A stretch of DNA of 59,967 nucleotides, the filler included. It is 4 parts of 4 records of this genome, joined end to end, with 100 filler letters (N's around TTAATTAATTAA, not from the genome) between each part and the next. Parts side by side here need not be neighbours in the genome. Positions count along the whole stretch, not along the records: positions 41,099 to 59,967 come from DRR723986_10548; 3 more parts are not named here. One strand, 5' to 3'. Numbering within the stretch: position 1 is the stretch's first letter; the number at the start of each line of letters is the position of its first letter. This document shows, one piece after another, positions 52,029-59,967 of the stretch. Position numbers and translations under genes: made by a program. Below the pieces are notes generated by a model, which worked only from the letters and a program-made list of their open reading frames with translations, did no database searches and was not told where the DNA came from.

Positions 52029-52544
52029 ATGTCGCACGCTGACGCAGCAAAAAATTTGTACCGCAACCTGGCCTATGAATGTGACATGGCCATGGCGCTG
52101 GTTGATATCTTGCTCGAAGAACAGGCGTGCCTCGTCAAGCTTCAAACCACAGAGCTGAACAGCCTTGCGCTTCGCAAAGAAGCGATGATGCTGGAGCTCG
52201 AAAAGCGTTATCTGAACAATGTTCAACTGGCCAAGGCAGAGGGATTTCAACCCAACATGGACGGCATAGCGCTCTGGGTTGACGTGCTTGCTGCACACGA
52301 GCCTCGCCTGCTGGGAACATACTCGACATTACGGACTACCCTGAGCCACGCACAACGCTTGAATAAAACAAACGGCGAGCTGGTAACGGAACAACTGGCT
52401 GGCCTGCAGGAAAGAATTTCGATTTTGACTGCGGCAGCAGTAGCCGAGCAAAAGCCCACCGCCAGTGACACATATGGCCCCAAAGGCGGCATGAGCCAGT
52501 CGGCCCTGACAGGCGGCGCTATGCCCCGCGCGGTAATTCGTTAA
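52029..52544 (+). CDS. flgN: Flagellar export chaperone
   Basis: After flgM; LLEEQACL, NKTNGEL, TYGPKG. Confidence 0.85.
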   Translation: MSHADAAKNLYRNLAYECDMAMALVDILLEEQACLVKLQTTELNSLALRKEAMMLELEKRYLNNVQLAKAEGFQPNMDGIALWVDVLAAHEPRLLGTYSTLRTTLSHAQRLNKTNGELVTEQLAGLQERISILTAAAVAEQKPTASDTYGPKGGMSQSALTGGAMPRAVIR

Positions 52545-52959
52545 TCGTTAGCCAATAAGACACCAGTGCAGATATTCGGGTCAGGTATTGATCAAACTGC
52601 ACTGGCTTGACTGCAAAGCTGTTCACTCCCAACTCATACGAACGTTTTACATCGCTGATTTCTCGCGATGAAGACAAGACCACGATCGGCATGGTTTTGA
52701 ACACATCGTGTGAACGCAAAAATTTCAGCACCTCCAACCCGTCCAGCTTGGGCAGTTTCAGGTCGAGCAGTACCAACTTGGGCAAATTCAGGGCAGCACT
52801 GTCTTTGGGGTGATCTTCCATCAGCTGTTTGAAGTACTCAATGGCTCGCTCACCGTCTTCAAGCAGCACGGTTGTGGAGCTTGAAGAGGTTTTGCGTACC
52901 ACGCGCAATGCAAGATCAGCGTCGTTGGAATTGTCATCAACCAGTACTACATCAGCCAT
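52519..52959 (-). CDS. Single-domain response regulator (Rcp1-like)
   Basis: LVDD, LLDLKLPKLDGLEVL, LSSS, YELGVNSFAVKP. Confidence 0.92.
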   Translation of the reverse strand: MADVVLVDDNSNDADLALRVVRKTSSSSTTVLLEDGERAIEYFKQLMEDHPKDSAALNLPKLVLLDLKLPKLDGLEVLKFLRSHDVFKTMPIVVLSSSREISDVKRSYELGVNSFAVKPVQFDQYLTRISALVSYWLTINELPRGA

Positions 52960-52972
52960 GGCAAATATCCTT

Positions 52973-54871
52973 CTAGTCGTTCAGGTCGGCGTGCTCGGGC
53001 AAGGTAAAGGTAAAGCAGGCACCTTGGCCCAGCTCACCCTTGGCACTGATCTCGCCGCCGTGACGTTCAATAATTCGTTTCACAATGGCCAGGCCCACCC
53101 CAGTGCCATCGAAATCCTTTTTGTGATGTAAGCGTTCAAATACATTGAACAGCTTGTCGGCGTACTTCATGTCGAAGCCAGCACCGTTGTCGCGAACACT
53201 AAAACTGTAAAAACGTCCTGTTTTTTCGCATTCAATGGAAACCTTTGGCTGCGCCGCCTTGCTGCTGAACTTCAAGGCGTTGTCGATCAAATTCATCCAC
53301 ACCTGTTTCAACAGCACGGGGTCGGCATACACAGGTGGCAGCTCGCACAGCTCCACCACATTTTTGCGTTTGGCATCGAGCTGATCCAGGATTTGGTCCA
53401 GAAGCTGTTGTTGATCTACCTTGACGCGGGCAACGTCGGTGCGCAGCAGCCTCGAAAAGTCAAGCAACCCGTCAATAAGACCGCCCATTTGACGTGCATT
53501 GTTGCTGATTCGATCAAGCAGGCCACGGGCATCGTCCGGCAGGTTTTCTGCGAAATCCTCTTTCAGAATGCTGGAGAATCCATCAATGGCACGCAGGGGG
53601 GCGCGCAGGTCATGCGACACGGTGTAAGTGAACGCTTCCAGTTCAGAATTGCTGCGCGTCAGCTCGGCAGTCCTGTCGTTGATGCGCTGCTCAAGCGTGC
53701 CGTTCAGGCCCTGCAAATCGTCCTCAAACACCCGGCGCTCTACACACAAACCGAGCAAACGAATGGCAGTCAGAACGCGCAACACGTCATCATGCCGTGT
53801 GCTGTCAACGCCTTGCTGCGCCACCATGATCCAGTACTCGGGCTGATTGGGCTCAACGGCTTTGCGCAGTGCAAACCACACGGCGGTAATGCCGAGTTCA
53901 CTGGCCCAATTGTCTTCAAAATAATGCTCGGGCTTCATCTTGGCGATCCAGACCAAGCCATGTTGGTCGTGGCCCTCGAGCGGCTCGCATAGCTGCTCGG
54001 CCTGGTCCCAAAATGCCAGACCCTTTTCCAACGGCATACGCAGGTTTGGATGAGTGCCGCGTACGCGCCAGTGATTGTGTTCTGATTTGTCACGAAAACC
54101 CAGCACCACTTCAGCATGCACGGTCAGGCAATTCTTCAAACCACGCGCATACGACGCCGCCAATTCCGGGATGGGCGCAGAGAGCAGTACGCCCTGCAAC
54201 AGTGAACGCTGCAAGGACAGTAACTGCTCATTCAGTCGTTTCTGTGTGCAATCGGCAGACACGCCCATGTAGCCCACAAAATCGCCGCTGGCGTTGTACA
54301 AGGGTCGACCGGTCGATTCAAAAATAATCCGCTCGGAATCCAGGGGCCAATACTCAAAGCAAACGCGATCAAAGGGCTGGTGACTGTCGAGCAGTTCTTT
54401 GAAGGTATCCCAGTTGTAGCGCGGATCGATGCATTTCAAGCCTTCGACCTCCCAACGGGCGAGCCCATCGAAAGGCAACTTGAACCCGCTCTTGGCTTGG
54501 CTGTTTTGATCTTTGCCGCGGTAGATGATTCGCACAATGGTGTGGGCAGAATCCTGATGCCAGTACCAATCACCCGACAATTCCATGAGGCGACGCAACT
54601 GGCTTTCAGATTGGATGGATGAGCGAATGATTTCAAGCAGGCCTGACATGAGCTTGTTGCCCATGAACCAAGCACCCAGCACACCCAACACAAGGGTGAG
54701 TAACACTGTCAAGTTCCAGTTGGCGGGATCGGAAGTGGTAGCGGCCATGTAAAAGCCTGCCAGGGCCAAGGGCCCAACGCCAGTGAGAATGACAAGGATC
54801 AGGGAGCGGTTGACCCGGGTGCGGGATTGCTCAAAAGTTTTCGGTTTTCCCTGGGCTTTGGGATCAGCCAT
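52973..54871 (-). CDS. Membrane PAS sensor histidine kinase (phytochrome-type kinase core)
   Basis: Two TM helices, SGDWYW PAS, SHDLRAPLRAIDGFS, NLIDNALKF, DNGAGF, GTGVGL. Confidence 0.92.
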   Translation of the reverse strand: MADPKAQGKPKTFEQSRTRVNRSLILVILTGVGPLALAGFYMAATTSDPANWNLTVLLTLVLGVLGAWFMGNKLMSGLLEIIRSSIQSESQLRRLMELSGDWYWHQDSAHTIVRIIYRGKDQNSQAKSGFKLPFDGLARWEVEGLKCIDPRYNWDTFKELLDSHQPFDRVCFEYWPLDSERIIFESTGRPLYNASGDFVGYMGVSADCTQKRLNEQLLSLQRSLLQGVLLSAPIPELAASYARGLKNCLTVHAEVVLGFRDKSEHNHWRVRGTHPNLRMPLEKGLAFWDQAEQLCEPLEGHDQHGLVWIAKMKPEHYFEDNWASELGITAVWFALRKAVEPNQPEYWIMVAQQGVDSTRHDDVLRVLTAIRLLGLCVERRVFEDDLQGLNGTLEQRINDRTAELTRSNSELEAFTYTVSHDLRAPLRAIDGFSSILKEDFAENLPDDARGLLDRISNNARQMGGLIDGLLDFSRLLRTDVARVKVDQQQLLDQILDQLDAKRKNVVELCELPPVYADPVLLKQVWMNLIDNALKFSSKAAQPKVSIECEKTGRFYSFSVRDNGAGFDMKYADKLFNVFERLHHKKDFDGTGVGLAIVKRIIERHGGEISAKGELGQGACFTFTLPEHADLND

Positions 54872-54877
54872 GTGTGC

Positions 54878-55594
54878 TTAGTGTTCGCGAAGCTTGGCTT
54901 TGAGGCGACTGACCGCCTGTGTGTGCAACTGACACACCCGGGATTCAGTCACGCCAAGCACAGCGGCGATTTCACGGAAGTTTAACTCCTGCTCATAATA
55001 CAGCCCCATGAGCATTTTTTCACGTTCTGGAAGGTCTTCAATGGCCTGAATCAGGTTTTCCCGGAAACGTTGGTCACCAAGCATTTCAAGCGGATTGGCT
55101 TCTTCGTCGCCGCCTATTTGGCGATCCAGATAGCCCTCGCCGTCACCGTCATCTGCGTAATCGTCATAAAACACCAACGACGCTCCACGCGAATCAAACA
55201 GCATTTCCTGATATTCGTCCAGGCTAACCCCCATGACTTCCGCGATTTCTTTTTCAGAGGCGGATCGCCCAAGTTTTTGCTCGGCTTTCAGTGTGGCAGT
55301 TTCAATTTTCCGTTGCGCCTGCCGTACGCCGCGCGGCATCCAGTCGGCCGAACGTAGCTCATCGAGCATGGCTCCACGAATTCTCTGGCTGGCGTAGGTT
55401 TCAAACTGGGCACCCTGCCCTTCTTCAAACCGGGTGATGGCATCCATCAGGCCGATCAGGCCGGCTTGAATCAGATCATCAATTTGCACAGACGCAGGCA
55501 GTTTCGCGATCAGGTGATGCGCCAACCTGCGTACCAGGGGAATGTACTGGTCCACCTGCTTTGATTTGTCTAAAGTGCCCTGGGCTGTGTACAT
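54878..55594 (-). CDS. fliA: RNA polymerase sigma-28 factor
   Basis: MYTAQG start, DDLIQAGLIGL, RIRGAMLDELR, LGVTESRVCQLH. Confidence 0.97.
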   Translation of the reverse strand: MYTAQGTLDKSKQVDQYIPLVRRLAHHLIAKLPASVQIDDLIQAGLIGLMDAITRFEEGQGAQFETYASQRIRGAMLDELRSADWMPRGVRQAQRKIETATLKAEQKLGRSASEKEIAEVMGVSLDEYQEMLFDSRGASLVFYDDYADDGDGEGYLDRQIGGDEEANPLEMLGDQRFRENLIQAIEDLPEREKMLMGLYYEQELNFREIAAVLGVTESRVCQLHTQAVSRLKAKLREH

Positions 55595-55619
55595 GGAGTC
55601 TGTGCTTCCTGTCTTGTTA

Positions 55620-56378
55620 TTACGCCAGTGCGTGTTCGTCGAAAGAGCAAATGGCCTTTGCAATTCGCCGACCTGCCGCAATCATCTCCCGACCGACCTG
55701 GTTCAAGGCTTTGCCCAAAGGCAAGGCTGGCAAATGCCCTGCATACTGCAGGGGATTGAGCAGAAAGCTCGAGGTGCTTTCCAGCAAATTTGCGAACACG
55801 TGATCGGCTTCATCTGTGCTTCTTACACCCGCAACAATAACACGATGGCGAATATTTTCGTCTACCCCTTTTGAAGAACGAATGGCTTGAAAGGCACGGG
55901 TCACCGATCGGGATGTGGGTTGAACCACCCAGTACCAGTCGTCTTGTGGGGAAAAGGCCTTGGCCAGTTCCACTGCCTCATAAGGCAGGGTGGCATAGAA
56001 TCGATCGCAGCTCACCGGCATGCGGTGCAGCTTACCCAATAAAGCCAAGGCTTGTGCGGGCTTGTTGGCCAATGCCGCCAGGCCCACTTTGGCCACCACC
56101 AGGTATTGCGATTCAGCAAGCTCAATGACCTGGTCTTCCAGATTCAGCTTGCCGTTGAAGAATTCGATCAAATCGGTGCGCGCATGGGTAGGCAGCAGTT
56201 GTGGCAGACCTGCTTCAGATCCGTCAAACAACACCGCAGCGCGATCAGAGCGTGCCTGTTGCTCCAAGACAAAACGGGCCAGGCAAGCAGCGTAATCGCT
56301 ACCCATGTCACCAAGAATCGGGTGAACAATGGCGGCCTTGCGGCCCAACAGGTGTCGAAGTGTTTTGGCTTGATCCAT
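55620..56378 (-). CDS. flhG: FlhG/MinD-like protein with degenerate P-loop
   Basis: Between flhF and fliA; N-terminal DQAxxLR motif; KGGVGKT Walker A absent. Confidence 0.65.
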   Translation of the reverse strand: MDQAKTLRHLLGRKAAIVHPILGDMGSDYAACLARFVLEQQARSDRAAVLFDGSEAGLPQLLPTHARTDLIEFFNGKLNLEDQVIELAESQYLVVAKVGLAALANKPAQALALLGKLHRMPVSCDRFYATLPYEAVELAKAFSPQDDWYWVVQPTSRSVTRAFQAIRSSKGVDENIRHRVIVAGVRSTDEADHVFANLLESTSSFLLNPLQYAGHLPALPLGKALNQVGREMIAAGRRIAKAICSFDEHALA

Positions 56379-56401
56379 GGGATTCAGTAGACCATAAAAC
56401 T

Positions 56402-57736
56402 TTAAATTCCAGTCGCAGAGACTTGGGCCATTTTCCATTTCAATTCCTCGCTCGAGGGTTGAAAGGCCTGACTGCTGCGTGCCCGCATGGCGCGGTGCAC
56501 CAACACACGGGGATCGGCCGGAAAGAGGTCTTCCGGCACGCGCTGACCGGTGGCAATGTAGTGCAAGGCCAGTTTGTGACGCATGACCACATCGAGCACG
56601 CCGCCTATTTTGATGGCTTCATCGAGTTTGGAGAGAATGGCGCCACTCAGACCGGTGCTCTTGTAATGACGAACGACGTCATCCAGTGTTTCCGGCTGGC
56701 TGGTGGCGTTGAGCAACAAGACACGTTTGACATGACTGTCGGTCAGGATTTTGGTTTGCTCGGCCACGCGCGAGTCACGCTGCCCCATACCCACGGTGTC
56801 AATCAAAATAAGTCGCTTGCGTTGCATGCTGGTGCGCAACTGGGCCAGATCCGCATGGGTTTGCGCTGTGTACACCTGCACACCCAGAATCTTTCCGTAA
56901 ATGCGCAGTTGATCTTGAGCGCCAATTCTGTAGCTGTCGGTGGTGATCAACCCCAGAGAGTCGGCGCCATACTTCACCACGCAACGCGCGGCCAGTTTGG
57001 CGGTCGTGGTGGTTTTGCCCACACCGGTTGGACCCACCAAGGCAAATGTGCCACCAGTTTCTACAATGTCTTTGTCACCCGGCACCACATTCAGATTTTT
57101 CTTGATGACATTCATCACCCACTCTTGTGTTTGAGAATCGCTCAAACCACCGGGCAACTTCTCAACCACCGTGCGGGCAAACAGGGGAGAGAACCCGGAT
57201 TGGGTCAACTGATTCCATAGCTCGCCGCGTTGCGGATTTTTCTCCAGCGCATCACGCCAGGTGATCATGGCCATTTGGTCTTTCAACAATTGGCGCATTT
57301 GCTTAATTTCTTCCAGCACTGCGGTTTGCTCGCTGGCCATGGCGTCGCTGGCGGCTTGAGAACGACGCTTGGCGACGTCCGAAATCATGTCGTGTTCGGG
57401 CAGGGTTTGGGGTATTTGGTGGACCACGGGAGCACGGTTGATGAGCACATCCCGCTGGGCAGCCACTTGCTGGGCAATTTTCTCGGCTGCAGTGGGTTGG
57501 CGGGTGGCTTCCTGTGCAGAAAATTGCGTACGTTCGGCCTTGGTCCATGACAGTGGCGCAGCAGTGGCAGCCGGTTTCTCGGTCACCGTGTCCAGGTCTT
57601 GCGACGATGCAGCCAGCACTTCAGTGCCTGCCGCAGTTTGCTTGGTGGACAAGATAATGGCGTCTTCACCCAGTTCAGCACGCAGCTTTTGCAAGGCCTC
57701 TCTTGTGGTGGGGGCTGTGAATTTTTTCAGCTTCAT
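56402..57736 (-). CDS. flhF: Flagellar SRP-family GTPase
   Basis: GPTGVGKTTTTAKLAA, DSYRIGA, DTVG, SKLDEA, GQRVPEDL. Confidence 0.97.
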   Translation of the reverse strand: MKLKKFTAPTTREALQKLRAELGEDAIILSTKQTAAGTEVLAASSQDLDTVTEKPAATAAPLSWTKAERTQFSAQEATRQPTAAEKIAQQVAAQRDVLINRAPVVHQIPQTLPEHDMISDVAKRRSQAASDAMASEQTAVLEEIKQMRQLLKDQMAMITWRDALEKNPQRGELWNQLTQSGFSPLFARTVVEKLPGGLSDSQTQEWVMNVIKKNLNVVPGDKDIVETGGTFALVGPTGVGKTTTTAKLAARCVVKYGADSLGLITTDSYRIGAQDQLRIYGKILGVQVYTAQTHADLAQLRTSMQRKRLILIDTVGMGQRDSRVAEQTKILTDSHVKRVLLLNATSQPETLDDVVRHYKSTGLSGAILSKLDEAIKIGGVLDVVMRHKLALHYIATGQRVPEDLFPADPRVLVHRAMRARSSQAFQPSSEELKWKMAQVSATGI

Positions 57737-59853
57737 GCTTTCGCTCCTACGACTTGCGCAACGCGGATAGTACGGTTTTCAGGAATTTCACTGTGCGACA
57801 ACACCCGAAGGTTGGGTGCAGCGCGCTTGAGTAAACGGGCCATGGACAAACGCAGTGCATCGGGTACCAACAGCACGGGGCTTTGGCCCAGTTGCTCTTG
57901 ACGGCCCGCCGCGTCAGCAGTCTGGCGAGCCAGGTTCTCTGCGAGGTTCGGGTCAATGCCCACCTGGTCTTGCCCGGCTGCGCTGTGTGCGTGGGTAATC
58001 ATTTGTTCCAGTTTGGGTTCCATGACCAGCACGTTCAGGTCTTCACTAGTCCCCGCCAAGGCCTGGACAATGGCACGGCCCAAGGCAATGCGCACTGCCG
58101 CGGTCAGTTCAAGCGGGTTCTTGGTTCGAACGCCGTTCTCAAGCAGGGTTTCAAAAATGGTTCGCAGGTCGCGAATATGTACGCTTTCTTCCAGCAGGTT
58201 TTGCAACACTTTTTGAATCACTGCGACATCCAGCAGTTTGGGAGTCAGGTCTTCCACAACTTTGGGCGATGTTTTCGCGCAGTGGTCCAGCAACTGTTGG
58301 GTTTCTGTACGCCCCAACAACTGCGCCGCCGAGGTTTGCAGAATGTGGGAGAGGTGCGTGGCCACCACTGTGGACGCATCGACCACCGTATACCCTGCGG
58401 CATTGGCTTTTTCTTTCTGGTCATCCGATATCCAGACCGCTGGCAAACCAAATGCAGGGTCGGTGGTTTGCGGGCCGGGCAACTGCATCGTGACGCGGCC
58501 AGGGTTGATGGCCAGATGTTGGTTCGGGAACACTTCGCCCTCACCCATGCACACACCCTTGAGCAAAATACGGTAGACCGAGGGGCGCAGTTCCAGGTTG
58601 TCACGCAAATGCACTGCAGGCGGCAAGAAACCGATTTCCTGTGCAAACTTTTTGCGAATGGCCTTGATTCGCTTAAGCAAGTCGCCGTCCTGTTTGTTGT
58701 CCACCAAGGCGATCAACCGGTACCCAACTTCCAAAGCAATGGTGTCGATGGGCACGAGGTCGTCCCAAGTGGCTTCCTGTGCTTCGGTGGTGGCGGCCTT
58801 GATTTTTGCCTGATCTTCGGAAGTGGTGGTGACCTTTTGAACCGCTGTTTTCTGCGACAGGTGATACGCCAGATAGGCAAACCCTGCGGCCAGCAACAAG
58901 AATGCAAAACTGGGCATGCCGGGAATGATACCCAGCAGGGCCATGATGCCTGCGGTGATGCCCACTGCCTGCGGGGATTTCAGTAACTGGCCTGCCAATT
59001 GGGTGCCGATGTCTTGGCCTTGACCCACGCGGGCAACCACCAAACCAGCTGCAATTGAAATGACCAGCGCTGGCACCTGGGCCACCAAACCGTCACCAAT
59101 TGCGAGCAACACATAGTTGGTACCTGCGTCGGCAAAAGTCATGTCATGTTGCATCACACCCACGGCGAAACCACCGATGATGTTGATGATCAGAATCATG
59201 ATACCGGCCATGGCATCGCCACGAACAAATTTGCTGGCACCGTCCATGGAACCGAAAAACTCGGCTTCCTGGCTGACTTCTGCACGACGCTTTCGGGCTT
59301 CGTCTTCTGCGATCAGGCCTGCGTTCAAATCGGCATCAATCGCCATTTGCTTGCCGGGCATCGCATCCAATGTGAAACGGGCTGACACTTCAGCGATACG
59401 GCCAGCACCTTTGGTGATCACCACAAAGTTGATCAACATCAGAATCACGAACACCACGATACCGACCGCGAGGTTACCACCCACAAGGAAGTGTCCGAAG
59501 GCTTCAATCACCTTGCCGGCAGCATCCGGACCCTCATGGCCATGCATAAGAACCACGCGGGTTGAGGCCACGTTAAGGCTCAAACGCAACAAGGTAGTGA
59601 CCAGCAGGATTGTTGGAAACGCTGCAAAATCAAGGGGGCGGGTTGTGTACAGTGCTGCGACCAGCACCATGAGGCTGAGCGCAATATTGAATGTAAAAAA
59701 CAAGTCGAGGGCGAAGGCTGGTACAGGCAAAATCATCATGACAAGAATCATGATGATAAAGATTGGCGCGCCGAGGGTTTTCACCTTGTCGCCGGCCAGG
59801 CCTGATTTAATGAAGTCCAAAGAGAATGCGGTGGAGGCCACAATTCCGCCCAT
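57733..59853 (-). CDS. flhA: Flagellar export gate protein
   Basis: RIAEVSARFTLDAMPGKQMAIDADLNAG, FFGSMDGASKFVRGDA. Confidence 0.98.
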   Translation of the reverse strand: MGGIVASTAFSLDFIKSGLAGDKVKTLGAPIFIIMILVMMILPVPAFALDLFFTFNIALSLMVLVAALYTTRPLDFAAFPTILLVTTLLRLSLNVASTRVVLMHGHEGPDAAGKVIEAFGHFLVGGNLAVGIVVFVILMLINFVVITKGAGRIAEVSARFTLDAMPGKQMAIDADLNAGLIAEDEARKRRAEVSQEAEFFGSMDGASKFVRGDAMAGIMILIINIIGGFAVGVMQHDMTFADAGTNYVLLAIGDGLVAQVPALVISIAAGLVVARVGQGQDIGTQLAGQLLKSPQAVGITAGIMALLGIIPGMPSFAFLLLAAGFAYLAYHLSQKTAVQKVTTTSEDQAKIKAATTEAQEATWDDLVPIDTIALEVGYRLIALVDNKQDGDLLKRIKAIRKKFAQEIGFLPPAVHLRDNLELRPSVYRILLKGVCMGEGEVFPNQHLAINPGRVTMQLPGPQTTDPAFGLPAVWISDDQKEKANAAGYTVVDASTVVATHLSHILQTSAAQLLGRTETQQLLDHCAKTSPKVVEDLTPKLLDVAVIQKVLQNLLEESVHIRDLRTIFETLLENGVRTKNPLELTAAVRIALGRAIVQALAGTSEDLNVLVMEPKLEQMITHAHSAAGQDQVGIDPNLAENLARQTADAAGRQEQLGQSPVLLVPDALRLSMARLLKRAAPNLRVLSHSEIPENRTIRVAQVVGAKA

Positions 59854-59860
59854 CAAGTTG

Positions 59861-59887
59861 TTAACGGTTCAATTATGGAAAACTTTA
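59861..59887 (-). promoter_or_regulatory. Sigma-28-like promoter directly upstream of flhA
   Basis: TAAAGTT...ACCGTTAA with TAAA-N15 spacing, nearly identical to the flgM promoter. Confidence 0.45.
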
Positions 59888-59967
59888 GGTTTTCTCAACG
59901 GAGGAATTGAAGGCGAATTACCGTCTTATTGTGGATTGGGTTCCGATCTCTCGCGGTGCGTTAACTG

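Noticed and set aside
41233-59385. Long antisense ORFs over flagellar genes (e.g. 41233-42054, 49353-50222, 56201-57220, 57883-58986)
   Set aside because: Shadow frames opposite well-conserved genes, expected from codon bias.

Overview
This window is not one genome segment. It holds four unrelated contigs joined by 100-bp artificial spacers (N44-TTAATTAATTAA-N44 at 6062-6161, 27165-27264 and 40999-41098), so no gene linkage can be inferred across them. Contig 1 (1-6061; GC-rich, Marinobacter-like gammaproteobacterium by my judgement) carries a nitronate monooxygenase, acpH, a DUF5666/DUF6502 lipoprotein locus with three TGGGA-N6-TCCCA palindromes, and a partial MCP. Contig 2 (6162-27164; AT-richer, probably Bacteroidota-related) is an accessory/defence island ending in a tyrosine integrase. 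It carries a multi-GAF histidine kinase/receiver/MBL-hydrolase/patatin run, an incomplete N6-methylase-like gene, a helical-repeat protein, a cassette-like 2TM gene and an ABC-three-component (Lamassu-family) operon. Contig 3 (27265-40998) has a TPR-LuxR regulator, a CHASE3 hybrid kinase, an orphan tail-collar protein, a giant FG-GAP/Ig surface protein and a diverged two-copy intergenic repeat. Contig 4 (41099-59967) is a betaproteobacterial (Limnobacter-like) flagellar cluster. The best novel-system candidate is the Lamassu-type operon at 21382-24669: its LmuA-like subunit has no enzymatic effector, but its N-terminal ~20-aa motif is echoed at the C-terminus of a two-TM protein encoded by the overlapping upstream gene. 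This is the layout of amyloid-motif receptor-effector signalling. All family and taxon calls come from motif recognition by eye, not database searches.
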